Below are positions 60,793-64,000 of a stretch of 64,000 nucleotides of DNA, piece after piece. The notes below the pieces were generated by a model, which made no database searches, was not told the origin of the DNA, and saw nothing but the letters and a program-made list of their open reading frames with translations. The stretch's first letter is position 1, and each line of letters opens with the position of its first letter. The stretch is from contig MCFH01000052.1 in assembly GCA_002104945.1 (NCBI GenBank), positions 336,664 to 400,663 on the forward strand, written 5' to 3'. The position numbers were made by a program, and so were the translations under genes. This DNA comes from Piromyces finnis finn. Taxonomy: Eukaryota > Fungi > Neocallimastigomycota.

Positions 60793-60863
60793 GCGTTAAT
60801 AGTATAGAGGTAGAATATTTGCCTTCCAAGCAAATGGCCCGGGTTCGATTCCCGGTTAACGCA
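60793..60863 (+). tRNA. tRNA-Gly (TCC)
   Basis: Same sequence as 46138-46208, inverted. Confidence 0.95.
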
Positions 60864-60871
60864 TTTATAAT

Positions 60872-60943
60872 GCCTGTTTGGCTTAGTGGTAGAGCGTCGC
60901 TCTTGTAAAGCGAAGGTCGGTGGTTCAATTCCGTCAATAGGCA
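60872..60943 (+). tRNA. tRNA-Thr (TGT)
   Basis: Copy of 46059-46130 with a one-base T-loop change. Confidence 0.95.
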
Positions 60944-61729
60944 TTAATTTAAATTTTTTTCTAAAAACCCTAATTAATAAATCTTTTCTAAAATTAAGAA
61001 TATTAATTTTCTTTATATAAATAATATTGTTTTTAAACTTTCAATGAGAAAGCGTATTATATTTATTACTTAATTTATATCATTAATAAAGTTTGATTAA
61101 AAATGGATTTAAAAATATAAAATATTATAAAACGCTTCTAAAATATTTAAAAAGTTATTAAAAATTTTAATAATATAGATATTAAAAAATAAAGAAAATT
61201 AATATTCAATAAATTAACCCTTAAGAGGAATTGTTATTATGCAGAAAAAAGTTTTGCTTTCCGAATATTACATACCATTTTCACTTATTAGAGAACTATA
61301 GAAGGTGTTAGATCAGCTTTGATGGAAAATTCCAGAATAAATTAAATAAAAGTTATTTACTAAATTCATTATAACCAAGTTTATTTCTAAATTGAACACA
61401 TTAATTAGGTAAGTTAGGTCAGAAGGTTCTAACCTTTTTACTATATAGTTAAAATAAATAAATTAAAATATAATAAATATTTATATAATGACTTTAAGCC
61501 TATGACTTATTTTTATTTAATTGGCTTAAGTCATTTTAATTATTTGAGAGAGGAATGACTATTTCATTTATTTAAATTTCCATCCGCATCAAATGAACAA
61601 AGAGATATTATTTAACTTTAATAAACATAAAATCTTAATAATTATAATTAATAAATACCTCTAAAATTATTATTTAATAATATTTTAATAAAATGTTACT
61701 CTTTATTAAATGAATAAAAAATTATTTCA

Positions 61730-62337
61730 AAAAGTGATTATTATGTTATATTTTTAATTATAACTATATAAGTTACATGAATTAAAAATTGAAATTGTTT
61801 TTATAAAAATTAATATAATTGTTTTGTTAAAACACAAAATTGTTTTATTAGGAACACTTGTTTTTCTAATATTTAAATATTTAAAATTTTATTTATTAAG
61901 TTATTAAATTGATTATTAAAATTATAAAAATATTAACAAAACTATATAATATTTTCCTTGTTAATAATAATAATAATAATGATTAAAATAAGAATATTTA
62001 CATTTATATTTTCTTTTAAATTTAAACTTTTTACATTAAAATAATAAAATTAATAACTATTTACAATAAAAGTAATAAAAGTAATTAAAAATAGCAATAA
62101 AAGAAATAATAAAAATTTAAAGAATATAAAAAGTTTTTTATTTTACAATTAATTAAAGTAATAAATATTTAAAATATTTTAATAAAAGTGTTTAATTTTA
62201 TTATTTTATAACATGAATTATTATATTTGTTTACTTTTAAAGTGTAATTTACTAAAGAAGTTATTAAATATTTAATTTAACAATTAATTTAACAGAAGTC
62301 ATATATTTTGATCTCGATTAATTTTTATTTATTACAT

Positions 62338-62409
<72 letters not shown>

Positions 62410-62418
62410 GTATTAGTA

Positions 62419-62473
<55 letters not shown>

Positions 62474-62488
62474 GTATTAGTATTAGTA

Positions 62489-62560
<72 letters not shown>

Positions 62561-62597
62561 TTATAATTTATAAATTTAATTATTTAATTATTTATCA
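61730..62597 (-). mobile_element. Diverged family F/G-like LTR with expanded microsatellite
   Basis: 61730-62330 resembles 11215-11800; ends TATTTATCA like the family G 5' end. Confidence 0.65.
62340..62558. repeat. (TTA)n microsatellite
   Basis: Long TTA array with TTAG interruptions. Confidence 0.95.
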
Positions 62598-62602
62598 TTT
62601 TG

Positions 62603-62959
62603 TGATACGTGACAAACAGAAAATACTACTTTTAGCATAAACTCCAGATCAATTTACATAAGGGTTAAGATGATGATTGATTAATAATAATTTTAATTAA
62701 TGTTAAGTTTAATTAATATAAACTAATATAATTTTAAAAAAAGGTTCTTGATTTTATAATTAAGTTCCGATAATAAAATATAATAATAATTTAGTAATAT
62801 TAATAAGTGAATAAATGGTATATTTGTATAAGAAAGATTATTGTTTAAATATGTATTATTAATAAATAAATGTACAAATACTAAGTATAATATCTTATAA
62901 TAAATAAAGATAAATATTTAATAATAATAAAATGATTCTTTTGTTTATATAATAATGTG

Positions 62960-62994
<35 letters not shown>

Positions 62995-63489
62995 TAAAAC
63001 ACAGATAAAAATTAAAATATTTAACATGTATAAAATTATTAAATTAAAAATTATAAATGTAAACTTTTGTCTATTTAATTGTTTATTTATTTTTAAATTA
63101 AATAGTTTATTTATTTATAATTATATTTTAAAATAATATTTTGTATAAATAGTAATAGAAAATGTTCTTTTTAAAAATTGTTCCTAATAATCCAGTAAAA
63201 TTAGATATATAATTTATATAAAATAATATTTGTAATTATAGTTATATACATACGAGATGTATTGAATAATAATAGCATATATATATTTAATAATACAAGA
63301 GTTATTAAATATTAAAACTTTATAATTAAACAAAATAATTTTATATTTTAAACTAACAAAGACTTGCAAATGAACAAGTATCAAAATCATTTATTTTATT
63401 TTCTTTATTTCTATTTATTAAATTTTAGATACAGATATTATCACTTTCTATATTCATATATAGAATTAAGATAATATCTTACTGTATCA
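62603..63489 (+). mobile_element. Diverged, longer family G-like solo LTR
   Basis: TGATAC...GTATCA; 62960-63489 resembles the family G body. Confidence 0.7.
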
Positions 63490-63493
63490 AAAA

Positions 63494-64000
63494 TGATGCA
63501 ATATATTACAAAAACACCATAAATAAAATATAATTATGAACGTTAGCAATAAAGAATGATATTTGAATAATATAATATTGTATTTATTTCTATTTTATAA
63601 TATTAAAAATAAATAATAAAAATAATAAATTTTATAATAATATAATTAAATAGATTTTGGTTTAAAGTTTCTTTATTTAATTATTATTATTATTATTATA
63701 ACATTAATAACGTTCAATACTAATAGAATCGAAAGTTATTATTTAATAAATATAAATAGTTAAATATAAAATGTAAATATAAAAATATATTGATAAAATT
63801 ATTATTAATAATAAAATATAACTTTTCTGAAATAATAAAAATAAACAATAAATATTATTTTCTTTTATAATTAATATTTAAACTGAGTTACATATAATAA
63901 ATACTAAATACGTAATTATTAACCTAAAACTAAACTAAAACTAAAATAAAATAAAACTAATATTTAAAGCTAAAATATCAAATATTATTTATAAATGAAA
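63494..64000. mobile_element. Possible further LTR running off the window
   Basis: Starts TGATGC 4 bp (AAAA) after the previous LTR, as in the other stacks. Confidence 0.35.

Noticed and set aside
62308-62559. 83-aa ORF of L/I/Y runs
   Set aside because: It is a translation of the (TTA)n microsatellite.
1-64000. CRISPR arrays, rRNA genes, prokaryotic operons
   Set aside because: None seen; the repeats are LTRs and microsatellites in a eukaryotic context.

Overview
Extremely AT-rich eukaryotic DNA. Composition, Asn-rich proteins and gene style suggest an anaerobic gut fungus (Neocallimastigomycota), which is an inference. About 80% of the window is Ty3/gypsy LTR retrotransposons and solo LTRs, stacked upstream of four Pol III loci: tRNA-iMet, tRNA-Cys and two inverted copies of a tRNA-Gly/tRNA-Thr dimer. 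One host gene (multi-TM plus split RGS domain) lies downstream of the converging iMet and Cys tRNAs. Reconstructing insertion order from target-site duplications (TSDs) gives two targeting classes. Class 1 elements lack a chromodomain, are tRNA-Ala/Tyr-primed, make 4-bp TSDs and insert 14-16 bp upstream of the mature tRNA. Class 2 chromoviruses are apparently self-primed like Tf1, make 5-bp TSDs and insert 67-68 bp upstream at all four loci. A tRNA-derived SINE, whose 3' tail matches a decayed LINE in the window, appears to act as an extra landing pad. Family letters A-M are my own working labels. All alignments were done by eye, so coordinates may be off by 1-2 bp.
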